64,000 nucleotides of DNA from Eledone cirrhosa (lineage: Eukaryota): NCBI GenBank assembly GCA_964016885.1, contig OZ024751.1, forward strand, positions 35,092,001-35,156,000. Direction: 5' to 3'. Numbering within the stretch: the stretch's first letter is position 1; every line of letters begins with the position of its first letter. Of this stretch, positions 11,552-24,364 are shown piece by piece. The notes beneath the pieces were generated by a model. The model was not told the origin of the DNA. It made no database searches and saw nothing but the letters and a program-made list of their open reading frames with translations. A program made the position numbers and the translations under genes.

Positions 11552-11906
11552 CATCATCATCATCATCATCATCATCATTTCGTTTTAAGTCCGCTTTTTC
11601 CCTGCTTGCAAATGTGGGACGGGAACTGATTCTAGCTTGATTTCTACAGCTGGATGCCCTTCCTAACACCAACCTCATTTACAGTGAGTGCTGGGTGCTT
11701 TTTTGCCGTGGCACCTCCACGACCACTTTGCAGTGGAATGATATGGACCCCAGTCCCTATCATCTCATTTCTACAGCTGAGTAAACTGGAGCAATGTGAA
11801 ATAAAGTGTCTTGCTCAAGGAAACAACACATCACCCGGTCTGAGAATTGAACTCACAACCTTTCGATTGCCAGGCCAATGCTCGAACCACTAAGCCATGT
11901 GCCTCC
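11552..11906 (-). mobile_element. tRNA/CORE SINE
   Basis: Copy of 5672-6026. Confidence 0.88.
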
Positions 11907-12951
11907 ATATACATATACATATACATACACATACATATACATATACATACATATATATATACATACATAGATATATACACATACATACATACATACACAT
12001 ACATACACATATACATACATATATATACATACATACACATACATAGATATATATATATAAATATACATACATACACATACATAAGCATATACACATAAGT
12101 ATATATACATATACACACGTATATATACATATACATACATACATATATACACATACATACATATATACATAAATACACACATATACATACACATACATAC
12201 ATATACATACATATACACATACATACATATATATATATACGTACACACACATATATACATACACACACATATATACAAACACATACATATACACATATAT
12301 ACACATACATACACATACATATACATACATATACACATATACACTCATATATACATATACATACATACACACACATACATACATATATACATATACATAC
12401 ATAAAGACAAATCCACCTCATGGACGAGAATGCAAGGGCTCCTCCTCTTTGTTTCGGCCGCGGATGGCTAACCCTAACCCCATCCCCCCTCCCCACCGCT
12501 CCCAACCTCCAAACGCAATCCAAAACTTCAGAGTTGGTACCATTAATGTAGGCACCTTATAGGGTGGCTCTAACGAGGTTGTAGAAATGCTTGAACGTAA
12601 GGAGGTCGATGTTTGTTGTATTCAAGAGACCAGGTGGAGGGGTGGGTCTGCTAGATTCATCGTGGGTAAAGAACGATGCTATAAGCTTTTCTGTGTGGCA
12701 AATGACAATGGGCTGGGTATACACATACCACCCCACCGCCCCACCGCAAAGTGGTCGTGGAGGGGCCGCGGCCAAAAAGCACCCAGCCCACACTGTAAAG
12801 CTGACGTGGAGGTGCCACGGAAAAAAAAAAGCACCCAGCACTCACTGCAAACGGGGTTGGCGTCAGGAAGGGCACCCAGCTGTAGAAACCAATCCAGAAT
12901 CAGCTCCCACCCCACCCTTGCAAGCATGGAAAAGCGGACGTATGATGAAGT

Positions 12952-13010
<59 letters not shown>

Positions 13011-13751
13011 TATATATATACACATATATATATACACACATATATATCAGTGTACATATATATATACATATATATATATATATAAATGAATATTTATTCA
13101 ATTTAAAGCGCCAATTATCTATATATAACAAGATATGAATTTTTCTAGGGATGGGGAAATTTTCAGTTTGTTTTTATATTTTCACTTCATTTTTTACTTT
13201 CTATTTAATACAGTCTTTGATCCAATATAATCCTGACAGTATTTGAACCAGTTTACCTCATATATATGTATGCACACACAACACTCAAGTTTCGCCATCT
13301 ACTGCTATTTCATTCATATTTATTGTTTAATTAACTCTGGTCTAATTCATCAACTATTGTTAATTATATTATTACGTAGATTTCTTATAAAATCTAGTGC
13401 ATATATACGTGTATATATACAGGGAGACACTGTAATAGATGTAAAGAGAGTGGGAGATAGAGTTATAGAAGTAAAGAGAGGGGGAGAAATAAGCGGTAGA
13501 TAGAGTAATAGATGTAAAGAGAGGGTTAGAACGTTCAACTTGACAGTCAGTACAATGTTCAGCATGGTAGCCAGTACATATGCCAACTACCCAACCGGCC
13601 AGCCAGCCGCATATGCGGTTGACTGGCCAGTTGGGCGGTTGGTATGTGGAACGTTCAACTACGCAGTCAGTACCAAAGTTCAACATTGTAGCCAGTGCAT
13701 ATGCCGATCGCCGCGCCCTCTTTGCTCTATTTTAATGACCTGGAACTAAGT

Positions 13752-13864
13752 AAAAAGAGTAGGAGATAACTCGACAAGAGCGGAGAGGGTGAGATTCGAA
13801 CCATGTAAAGTCGTTGGCTCCTGAAGTTCGTAAGCGGGGCTGCTACTGACTGAGCAGCGCCGGC
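13752..13864 (-). ncRNA. tRNA-like putative Pol III unit, copy 3
   Basis: Same sequence as 1921-2033. Confidence 0.5.
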
Positions 13865-14647
13865 AGCAAGGCAAATCGCGCATAAAATAACGCTTATATC
13901 GACAAAAAAAAAAAAAAAATTTCAATGTTGCACTCTTGTTTGTTGTTCTTTTATTTTACGTAAACATTTCGCTGCTCTAGCCTCTTATTTCCTATTAGAT
14001 TACACTTAATTCCATTAAACATTCATTCTTAGTCTCGTGGTAAACTATTTCATCTATATTTATATCGCTGTTACAGCCTTTTATTTCTACATCTATCACC
14101 TATAGCCACTGTTACGCCGGTAGTATAAGTAGCTTTATAACAAGAAACGATGATATAACTCCACAAAATGTCTTCTTCAGCAAGACACTTCACTTCATAT
14201 TGCTCCAGTACACCGAGTTACACATAGACAGATACATACATACACAGATAGAAATGAGAGGTAGATAGAGTAAAAGATTTAAAGAGAGTGTGAGAAGTAC
14301 GAGTTAGATAGTGTAAAAGATTTAAAGAGAGGGTGAGAGTGTGACACACATTTATCTGTCTATCTCTCTCTATTTTAACACCGGTCGTTATAATTAGTTT
14401 TATAACACCGCTATATTACCGACATGAAAGAGGTAAATAATTATTTCTTAAATGTTTAGAACATGTTTCTCTTGTCTTCTTAAATGTATAGAACATGTTT
14501 CTTATTTATATTCTTAACATAGCTAGGACCTTATCTCATTTACTGGTCTCTACTTTTAGGGCTTTGCTGGTCCCATGTGCCCTCCATGAAGACACACTCG
14601 CCCCTTCTCTCTCAGTCTCCGTACTAATTACTACACATACGTATATA

Positions 14648-16833
14648 TATTTATTTTAAGAAACCTTAATGACAAATAATATAAAGTGTTTGTAAAGTGG
14701 GGAAGAGTAGTTTTACGGTGGGGTTGTTATATAGATATCGTTTTTGCAGTGGGGTCGTGACTGGCGTATAATAATGAGTCACTGTTGATGTATATACAAA
14801 TCATGTTTTGGATATAAGTGAAGTTATTTAAGAGATTTAGTTGTTTTGTATACATTCATAACGGTACGCGATGGGACCCACCCACAGCCCCGGCGGACAG
14901 AATGGAGAAGGCGTTTCCCCGGAGCACGGCAAGGGAGACGCGCTGGAAAAGCCACTCCAACTCGCGGGGCTCACACCTGCGGCTGGCCAGCTCAGCGTCT
15001 ATGGTGGTGAGTAAGGAGGTAGCCCTGGGGCCGAGGACACCAGAAGTCTCCACTTCCAGGGGTACGACCGCAAACCTGTCGGAGAGTGAACGATATGTGA
15101 GGAGTTTGGCCCCCTCAGCCTGACGTGCAGCAGAACCTGGGCCAGTCGCAGACTGCACCAGGTTGCGGCTGCAGAAAGTGTCGGTGCAAGTGGCATCCCA
15201 GACGAGGGGTTTGCCACCGCGGAACGGGAAGATGGTCATGCCATCTAGCCTTTTGCCGTCCCCTCGAGCTGGGAAGGGAAGCCTGCAGCGTCCAAGCCAT
15301 GCTTAATGACTTCGTTGAGGGCAGCATGGCGTGGATTGCGGGTGGAGGCCGAAAGAGTCCATGGTGGAACGGCAGCGACATTGGTGTGAGGCCGAGCCTC
15401 AGGGAAACGCCGATGCGCAAGCTATTGTTGTCTAGCTGCGTGCGAGTGGAGAAGGAGGGCAGGGCATGGAGCCAGGCCCCACTGTGGGGTTTGGAGGCTG
15501 CACGAAAACAAACAAGGCGGTGCTGGTCGAGCTGGCACGTGAGCCTGTCTGAGGCCAGGCTGCACTGGATGGCATCCCAAGTGTGTTGGGGGGGACTTGA
15601 CGTCAACAGGGGGAGAAGGAGGAGGAACGTCTACTGGGCTAAGTCCCAGCCGGTCCCACGTCTCACAGGCGGCCACGCGTTCTCTGAACACAGAGGGTTC
15701 TGTTGTGTTTTGAAGAACCCTGCTGAAGAGGACGTGGTACGAGGTTACCGACGAAAGATATGCCGGCAAAGCTAGTGAGATCGGGGACTGGAGGCGAAGG
15801 CCGCCATACCTGACAGGTAAAGTTGCATATCTCATCGGCTGCTGCTCGGATACAAGTTTAGGTGTAGCACAGAGTGTATAGAGGAGCTTCGGCATGGCGT
15901 AGCAGTTCCTCAGCAGAAAGAGAACTGGGTGGCCATCAATCAAGCCCAGTCGGCTCGTGAGAGTCTGGACTTGATGGAGGAGCGGATGGCCAGCGGGTGG
16001 ATCGGTGAGGGCATCCTCTTTGGGGGGTCACCTGAACCTGGCGGAGAATGGACCGCACGTCCAAGACGGAGACTGCAAAGCTTGCAGCAACGAGGCTGAC
16101 AGTCACCACCTCCGACTTGGCTGAGTTGACCTGGAGGTCGATTCCCGCCAGGGCAGGAACCACCGATTGAAGGTCATGGCAGACCGCCTGTACGGGCCCA
16201 CCCAAAGTAGCATCATCCAGATACCAAACGTTGAGAGGGGCCGTTATACTCCAGGCGATGTGGTCAATACCAAGGGTGAACAGGAGGGGTCCCAAAGGGT
16301 TGCCCTGTTGGATCCCAGTAGCCAAGGGTATGACCGTATCAGCAGCATGGCGCATGCTTGGGGCTCCATATGACAGGTAGGCAGAGGGGGCTCGGCTGAG
16401 GCAGGCCTCGAGCAGATGATCCCAGCGTAAAGAGTTGAAGGCATTCCTCATGTCAAACTTGACAATGAGGTGGCTGGAGGCCCTGGATGCCGGTTCCGAG
16501 TGTTACGGACTTGCAGATTACCTTGGCAGCCAGCCTCCGGAAGACATTGCCCACAGCAATGGGGCGTATGCCATCCTCTTTCTTCCTGAGAGCGGTGAGG
16601 CTGGCCGAAAAAAAGAGGCCTCGAGCATAAGAGTCCAGGGCGCCATGGATGAGCCTATTGGTGAGCGCCACAATTGCACTCAGAAGGCGGCGCCCGGCCT
16701 CAGCGGAGAGGGGAGATATCAACTCCTTGAGGAGGCCTGGTCAGAGACCATCAACATCTCCGCAGCTGCTAGCTGGGAAGGACCTGATGGCGGACATGAT
16801 GTCTGCATCAGAAGCCACAAGGAGCAAGTGTGG
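14648..16833 (-). mobile_element. CRE-clade retrotransposon remnant, copy 3
   Basis: ORFs 14856-15239, 15936-16451, 16453-16722. Confidence 0.9.
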
Positions 16834-17764
16834 ATTACAATACAAAACCTCTGAGAATGATTTCTAAGATATTTCACCATAATTAATTTTCATCAATATA
16901 TATTAATATTATTATTGTTTATTAGGTCAGGTGGATTGGCCAGAACAATTCTACTCTTCTTTTTTAGATGTCACGATTTTTCATGGCATTCCTGAGATCA
17001 TTAATCTCCAGCTGGAGATCCAGAGACATCTGATGTATGTAGGTGAACCTCAGTCATCCCACTTGGCTCTTACTATGTTTAGGTATCCACCACAGGAGCC
17101 AGCTCATCAGGTCATCCTACCCTCAGCAGCAATGTCCAGCATCTATTGATTTCCGCTCCCTAGTTATTGTGGTAATCTTCGATATCTGGGAATATATTTC
17201 TTCTGCTTAAGGGAGTAATAAATATATAGTTTTAAAAAAAACATATATATACACACACATATATATATGTTGTCATTTATAAGAGTTCTCTATCAAAAGC
17301 CTTCTCTATGTCCAAAGCTAAGTATAGTGGCTTATTTTTCTCTAAGAACCTCTTTTGTAGTTGTCTCACTAAGAAGAGGGCATCTGTTGCACTTTTCAGC
17401 GGCTTAATTAATTAATGAGGTTTAATTAATGAGGAATTTTGAGGTATTTATAACAATTATTAATTATTTCATTACTGAGATATCATTTGAAGGACTTACT
17501 AATGTTTTTATTTATTAATTATTTTATTAGTAACTTAACATGTGGTTCTTGTATAAAATTATGTTGGAAGATTTTAGGAAGATGCTATGTAGCCGGTCGC
17601 GGTAAAATAGACGCCCAGGCTATGTAGCCGGTAAGAGTGTCAGACTCCATGTGTTGCGGCCCTTTATGGTCTGAGTTAAGACAATTTAAAATCTTTTCCA
17701 CCATCAATTGTTAAAAAACAAGTTAAAATCATTTTGTCGTCCATTTGTAACGTACGTTACACTT

Positions 17765-18530
17765 TAGTTACATACACATATACTATGTTACATACACACA
17801 TCTACTGTGTTACATACACACACATCAACTGGGTTATATACACACACATCTACTGCGTTACATACACATCTACTGTGTTACACACACATCTACTGTGTTA
17901 CATACACACACATCTACTGCGTTACATACACATCTACTGTGTTACACACACATCTACTATGTTACATACACACATCTACTGTGTTACATACACACACCTG
18001 TGTTACATACACACACATCTACTGAGTTACATACACACAGATCTACTGTGTTACATACACACACATCTACTGTGTTACACACATCTTCTATGTTACATAC
18101 ACACAATCTACTGTGTTACATACACACATCTACTGAGTTACATACACACACATCTACTGAGTTACATACACACACATGTACTGTGTTACATACACACATC
18201 TACTGTGTTACATACATACACATCTACTGTGTTACATACATACACATCTACTGTTACATACACACATCTACCGTGTTACACACACACATCTACCGTGTTA
18301 CACACACACATCTACCGTGTTACACACACACATCTACCGTGTTACACACACACATCTACTGAGTTACATACACATATACTGAGTTACATGCAAACACACA
18401 TCTACTCTGTTACATATACACATCTACTGTGTTACATACACATCTACTGTGATACACACACACACATCTACTCATACATATTCATAAATAGACACACATT
18501 ATACAAATAATTATTACATACACACACATC
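17765..18530. repeat. ~20-22-bp minisatellite (ACATCTACTGTGTTACATACAC)n
   Basis: About 30 variable units read directly. Confidence 0.95.
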
Positions 18531-18904
18531 TCTGTAATAATTCAGGAAGGAAGGGGCTGGTGAAACGCTATAGCAATGTGTGTGTGTTGTGTACCTTTCA
18601 GGTTTACCGGTTTCGTAGCCTATTTGAAGATTTTATTATAATTATGAACCTTATAATTCAATTAATTATGAATAATTTTGAGCTATTTATCACAATTGTT
18701 AGTTAATTACTAACATAGTAACTTACCATATGGTTGTTATATAGAATTTTGTTGGAAGACTTTAATTTAGATAGGAACCATTTCCATAGTACGAGAACTA
18801 ATTTTGGCTGGGTTTCTACCAAAAGGGTTAATGAAGAATTTTGAACAATTTACTAAAATTATTAATTATTTCATTACTAAGATAATGTGTGAATACACAA
18901 TTAT

Positions 18905-19012
18905 ATGTGTGTATATATATATAAACAGTATATATATATATAGTATATATATATATAAACAGTATATATATATATAGTATATATATATATAAACAGTATA
19001 TATATAGTATAC
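18905..19012. repeat. (TA)n-based minisatellite with AAACAG/TAG interruptions
   Basis: Direct reading. Confidence 0.9.
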
Positions 19013-19299
19013 AAAAGATGTAGTGGGATAGTGTGTAGTCTTAAGACAAGTCTGTCCAGATAGCTGCGCTGTAACTTACACTTATTGGGACTGTGTGTTG
19101 GCAAGCAGGCCTGTATTTTGGGATCTAGCTGGTCCATTATGAGGGAGGTCTGGTTAGTTGGCAGCACCATGCCTTACTTGTGGTATATGTATGTATAGAA
19201 ATAAGTTATTGTATATGCATAACTGTCCATCTATATGTATACATGTATGTTTACTTATATCTTTGCATACATATATACATTTTCAGATGTATACACGTA

Positions 19300-21219
19300 A
19301 TGGTCACCCGGATAGTAAACCAAGTCATACAGAATGGGGTTGTTCTGAAGGACTGGCGTAGCAGCATCATCATTAACTGTTACAAGGGTAAAGGAGATGC
19401 CCTAGATAGGAGTAACTATAGAGGCATTAAATTAATCGACCAGGTCATGAAGGTCACGGAAAAAGTAATAGCGCAACTAATCAGAGAGAGAATTGATCTA
19501 GATGAAATGCAGTTCGGGTTTGTGTCAGGTAAAAGTACCACAGACGCTCTTTTCATTGTACGACAACTACAGGAGAAGTACCTAGTTAAAAGTAAACCCC
19601 TATACTTAGCTTTTGTTGACTTGGAGAAAGCCTTCGACAGAGTCCCCCGTTCCATTATCTGGTGGGCTCTTAGAAAACTAGGTGTTGAGGAATGGCTTGT
19701 GAGAGCTATACGAGCCATGTATAAAGAAACAGTCAGCAAGGTTAGAATTAACAATGAATATAGTGAAGAGTTTAGCGTAAAAGTTGGTGTTCATCAGGGC
19801 TCCGTCCTTAGCCCCCTACTATTTATTATTGCCCTTCAGGCTATAACAGTGGAGTTCAAGACCGGCTGCCCATGGGAACTCCTATACGCAGATGATCTAA
19901 CGCTCATAGCTGAATCAATGGCCGAGCTAGAGAAGAAATTCCAAACATGGAAGCAAGGCCTAGAATCAGAAGGCCTTAAAATTAACCTGGCTAAGACTAA
20001 AGTTCTAGTTTGTAGGAAAGAAAATAAGGCGCCGGTCCCTTCCGGGAAATGGCCATGCTCTGTGTGTAGGAAAGGCGTAGGTAGAAACTCCATTTTATGT
20101 CCCAAATGCAAAGTATGGGTTCATAAAAGATGTAGTGGGATCACAGGTAAGCTAACTAAGAACATAGATTTTACATGTGGCCGGTGCTCTGGTGCAATAA
20201 GTAGCAGCAAGTGCCCACAAAATACTAGCTCTTTCAATTGCGCAGAGGGTTCTATAGAAATAGTGGACAGCTTCCGTTACCTGGGTGACAAAATCAGCAG
20301 TGGGGGAGGGTGCTCTGAAAGTACAGTAGCTAGAGTCAGAACTGGATGGAAAAAGTTCAGAGAGCTTATACCACTATTAGCCGCTAAAGGGTTCTCCCTA
20401 AAAATGAAAGGCAGGTTGTATGATGCCTGCATATGAACAGCAATGTTGCATGGCAGTGAGACCTGGGCATTGTGTGCAGAGGATATACGCAGACTAGAGA
20501 GGAACGAAGCTTGCATGCTTCGCTGGATGTGTAATAGTAATATATGTGAACGGCAAAGCATAAACGAACTAAGGGAAAAATTAGAAATAAGAGGGATCAG
20601 ATGTTGTGTACTCGAGAGAAGACTACGTTGGTATGGTCCACGTGATGCGGATGAAAGACGACAGCTGTATAAAAAAAATGCAGGGCAATAAAGATAGACG
20701 GTAGCCACGGAGTAGGCAGACCCAGAAAAACCTGGGACGACTTGATAAATTCCGACCTCACACACTTACACCTCTCCAAGACAATGTCACTGGACCGAGA
20801 TCTTTGGCGGTACTCAGTAATAGAGAAGACCCGCCTTACCTAGATACAAAGTAAAACCTACTACAGTCAGTAGGCACCTCTAACAAAATACACCCCCACC
20901 CCATCCACACCGCCCCTTTCAATGTAAAGTTATGTTGGTGCCACAACATCCAGGCCGAAACAAATGAGGTCGTGTAGGTGTCACGACAAAAAAAAAAAAC
21001 ACAGTCCACGCAGTAATGTGGCCGTGTAGGTAACACGGTAAAAACCTCTCAGTCCCACACTGTAAATGCGGTTGGTGTTAGGAAGGGCATCCAGCTGTAG
21101 AAAACCCGCCAGACAGTCCTATGCGAGCAAGACAACCACTCTTGCCTCAAGTGGGAAAATTCCCGTCCAAACCCATGCAAGCGTGGAATATGGACGTTAA
21201 ACGATGATGATGATGATGA

Positions 21220-21223
<4 letters not shown>
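19300..21223 (+). mobile_element. RTE LINE, 5'-truncated, with premature stop (20434) and frameshift (~20640)
   Basis: RT motifs NYRGIKL, FVDLEKAFDRV, GVHQGSVLSPLLF, LYADD; 3' UTR and (GAT)n tail; near-identical to 49420-51340. Confidence 0.96.
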
Positions 21224-21252
<29 letters not shown>

Positions 21253-21255
<3 letters not shown>

Positions 21256-22371
21256 CTTTGACATTTCTTAGAAAAAAAATGAAAAAGTTTTGTGAGAACC
21301 CCAATGTTTATTTATTTTATTTTATTTTTAAATAAAATTAATAACATTAATTTTATTTTGAAATTAGGTTTATAAATATTAATTATCAGCAGACCTTTGT
21401 AGCAGTCTTGGCGGCTTAGTGGGAAGTACCAGAGATGGTGAGGTCCTTGTCTGTAGGTTCAATCCTGGTCTGGGAGTTCAATCATTGCTGTAATGTGTCC
21501 TGTTAATCTTTTTTTAAATTTTCCTCAGAAAAAACTGAAAATCTTTGGTGAGAACCCCAATGTCTATTTATCTAATATAATTTAATTTATTTTATTTTAC
21601 TTTAGTTAAATTGTCAAAACCACTGGTGATCTAAAGTTAGAGGAGACAGATAAAATAGACATATTGTCTCCTCAACCTTTAGATCTTCAGTGTTTTCGAC
21701 AATTTAACTAAAATAAAAAATTAAATTCAATATAATTAAATAAATAGGGGTTCTCTTTTTCAAAGAGATATAGAAAGAAAATTATAAAAGATTAACATGA
21801 CACCTTACATGTATCTCATGGACCAGGATTGAACCTGAGTCCCCAATTCAACCCTCAGACCAGGATTGAACACCCAGAACAGGATCTCACCATCTCTGGT
21901 ACTTCCCACTAAGCTACCGAGACTGATACAAAGATGTACTGAAATTTAATATTTATAAACCTACTTTCAAAATAAAATTAAAAATAAAATATATATATAT
22001 ATATATTCCTTTGACATTTCTTAGAAAAAAGAACTGAAAAAGTTTTGTGAGAACGCCAATGTCTATTTATTTTATTTTATTTTTAATTAAATTAGTTATA
22101 TTTTGAAAGTAGGTTTATAAATATTAATTTTCAATAGACCTTTGTAGCAGTCTTGGTGACTTAGTGGGAAGTACCAGAGATGGTGAGATCCTTGTCTGTA
22201 AGTTCAATTCTTGCTTGGAGACATGTCTAATGTGTCCTATTAATCTTTTTTAAATTTTCCTTTTACATCTCTTAGAAATAACTGAAAATCTTTGGTGAGA
22301 ACCCCAATGTCTATTTATCTAATATAATTAATTTAATTTAATTTAATTTAATTTTTATTTTAGTGAAACCA
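21253..22371. repeat. Foldback: long inverted arms (~21349-21648 / 21665-21979) each with a tRNA-like head, plus a third direct copy of the left arm (~22007-22371)
   Basis: CTTAGTGGGAAGTACCAGAGATGGTGAG versus CTCACCATCTCTGGTACTTCCCACTAAG; inner stem ...GAGGAGACA-16 nt-TGTCTCCTC... Confidence 0.88.
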
Positions 22372-22796
22372 CTGTTGTATTCAAGAGACCAGGTGGAGGG
22401 GTGGGTCTGCTAGATTCATCGTGGGTAAAGAACGGTGCTATGAACTTTTCTGGGTGGGAAATGACAATGGGCTGGGTATACACATACCACCCCACCTCCC
22501 CACCGCAAAGTGGTCGTGGAGGCGCCGCGGCCAAAAAGCACCCAGCCCACACTGTAAAGCTGACGTGGAGGTGCCACGGAAAAAAAAAAGCACCCAGCAC
22601 TCACTGCAAACGGGGTTGGCGTCAGGAAGGGCACCCAGCTGTAGAAACCAATCCAGAATCAGCTCCCACCCCACCCTTGCAAGCATGGAAAAGCGGACGT
22701 ATGATGAAGTTGATATATATATATATATATTAGTATATATATACACATACATATACACATACATATATATATACACACACATATATATCAGTGTAC

Positions 22797-22833
<37 letters not shown>

Positions 22834-23478
22834 AATGAATATTTATTCAATTTAAAGCGCCAATTATCTATATATAACAAGATATGAATTTTTCTAGGGA
22901 TGGGGAAATTTTCAGTTTGTTTTTATATTTTCACTTCATTTTTTACTTTCTATTTAATACAGTCTTTGATCCAATATAATCCTGACAGTATTTGAACCAG
23001 TTTACCTCATATATATGTATGCACACACAACACTCAAGTTTCGCCATCTACTGCTATTTCATTCATATTTATTGTTTAATTAACTCTGGTCTAATTCATC
23101 AACTATTGTTAATTATATTATTACGTAGATTTCTTATAAAATCTAGTGCATATATACGTGTATATATACAGGGAGACACTGTGTAATAGATGTAAAGAGA
23201 GTGGGAGATAGAGTTATAGAAGTAAAGAGAGGGAGAGAAATAAGCGGTAGATAGAGCAATAGATGTAAAGAGAGGGTTAGAACGTTCAACTTGACAGTCA
23301 GTACATATGCCAACTACCCAACCGGCCAGCCAGCCGTATTTGCGGTTGACTGGCCAGTTGGGCGGTTGGTATGTGGAACGTTCAACTATGCAGTCAGTAC
23401 CAAAGTTCAACATTGTAGCCAGTGCATATGCCGATCGCCGCGACCTCTTTGCTCTATTTAAATGACCTGGAACTAAGT

Positions 23479-23591
23479 AAAAAGAGTAGGAGATAACTCG
23501 ACAAGAGCGGAGAGGGTGAGATTCGAACCATGTAAAGTCGTTGGCTCCTGAACTTCGTAAGCGGGGCTGCTACTGACTGAGCAACGCCGGC
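23479..23591 (-). ncRNA. tRNA-like putative Pol III unit, copy 4
   Basis: Same with two substitutions; B box and T5 intact. Confidence 0.5.
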
Positions 23592-24364
23592 AGCAAGGCA
23601 AATCGCGCATAAAATAACGCTTATATCGAGAAAATAAAACAAAAATTTCAATGTTGCACTTTTGTTTGTTGTTCTTTTATTTTACGTAAACATTTCGCTG
23701 CTCTAGCCTCTTATTTCCTATTAGATTACACTTAATTCCATTAAACATTCATTCTTAGTCTCGTGGTAAACTATTTCATCTATATTTATATCGCTGTTAC
23801 AGCCTTTTATTTCTACATCTATCACCTATAGCCACAGTTACGCCGGTAGTATAAGTAGCTTTATAACAAGAAACGATGATATAACTCCACAAAATGTCTT
23901 CTTCAGCAAGACACTTCACCTCATATTGCTCCAGTACACCGAGTTACACATAGACAGATACATACATACACATATATATGTACACAGATAGAAATAAGAG
24001 GGAGATAGAGTAAAAGATGTAAAGATAGTGTAAAAGATTTAAAGAGAGGGTGAGAGTGTGACACACATTTATCTGTCTATCTCTCTCTATTTTAACACCG
24101 GTCGTTATAATTAGTTTTATAACACCGCTATATTACCGACATGAAAGAGGTAAATAATTATTTCTTAAATGTTTAGAACATGTTTCTCTTGTCTTCTTAA
24201 ATGTATAGAACATGTTTCTTATTTATATTCTTAACATAGCTAGGACCTTATCTCATTTACTGGTCTCTACTTTTAGGGCTTTGCTGGTCCCATGTGCCCT
24301 CCATGAAGACACACTCGCCCCTTCTCTCTCAGTCTCCGTACTAATTACTACACATACGTATATA

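Larger units (their letters stand above)
5954..11833. repeat. ~5.9-kb tandem unit, copy 2
   Basis: Colinear with copy 1; 26-bp and ~15-bp deletions in the CRE part. Confidence 0.97.
11834..17402. repeat. ~5.9-kb tandem unit, copy 3 (right end truncated)
   Basis: Colinear with copy 1 until ...CACTTTTCAGCGGC at ~17402, then unrelated AT-rich sequence. Confidence 0.96.

Noticed and set aside
17734-18510. 258-aa His/Thr/Cys-rich ORF or a CRISPR-like array
   Set aside because: Minisatellite with no unique spacers; eukaryotic context with no cas genes
19180-20436. 418-aa intact RT gene
   Set aside because: The N-terminus is low-complexity flank; the element is 5'-truncated with a CGA>TGA stop and a later frameshift
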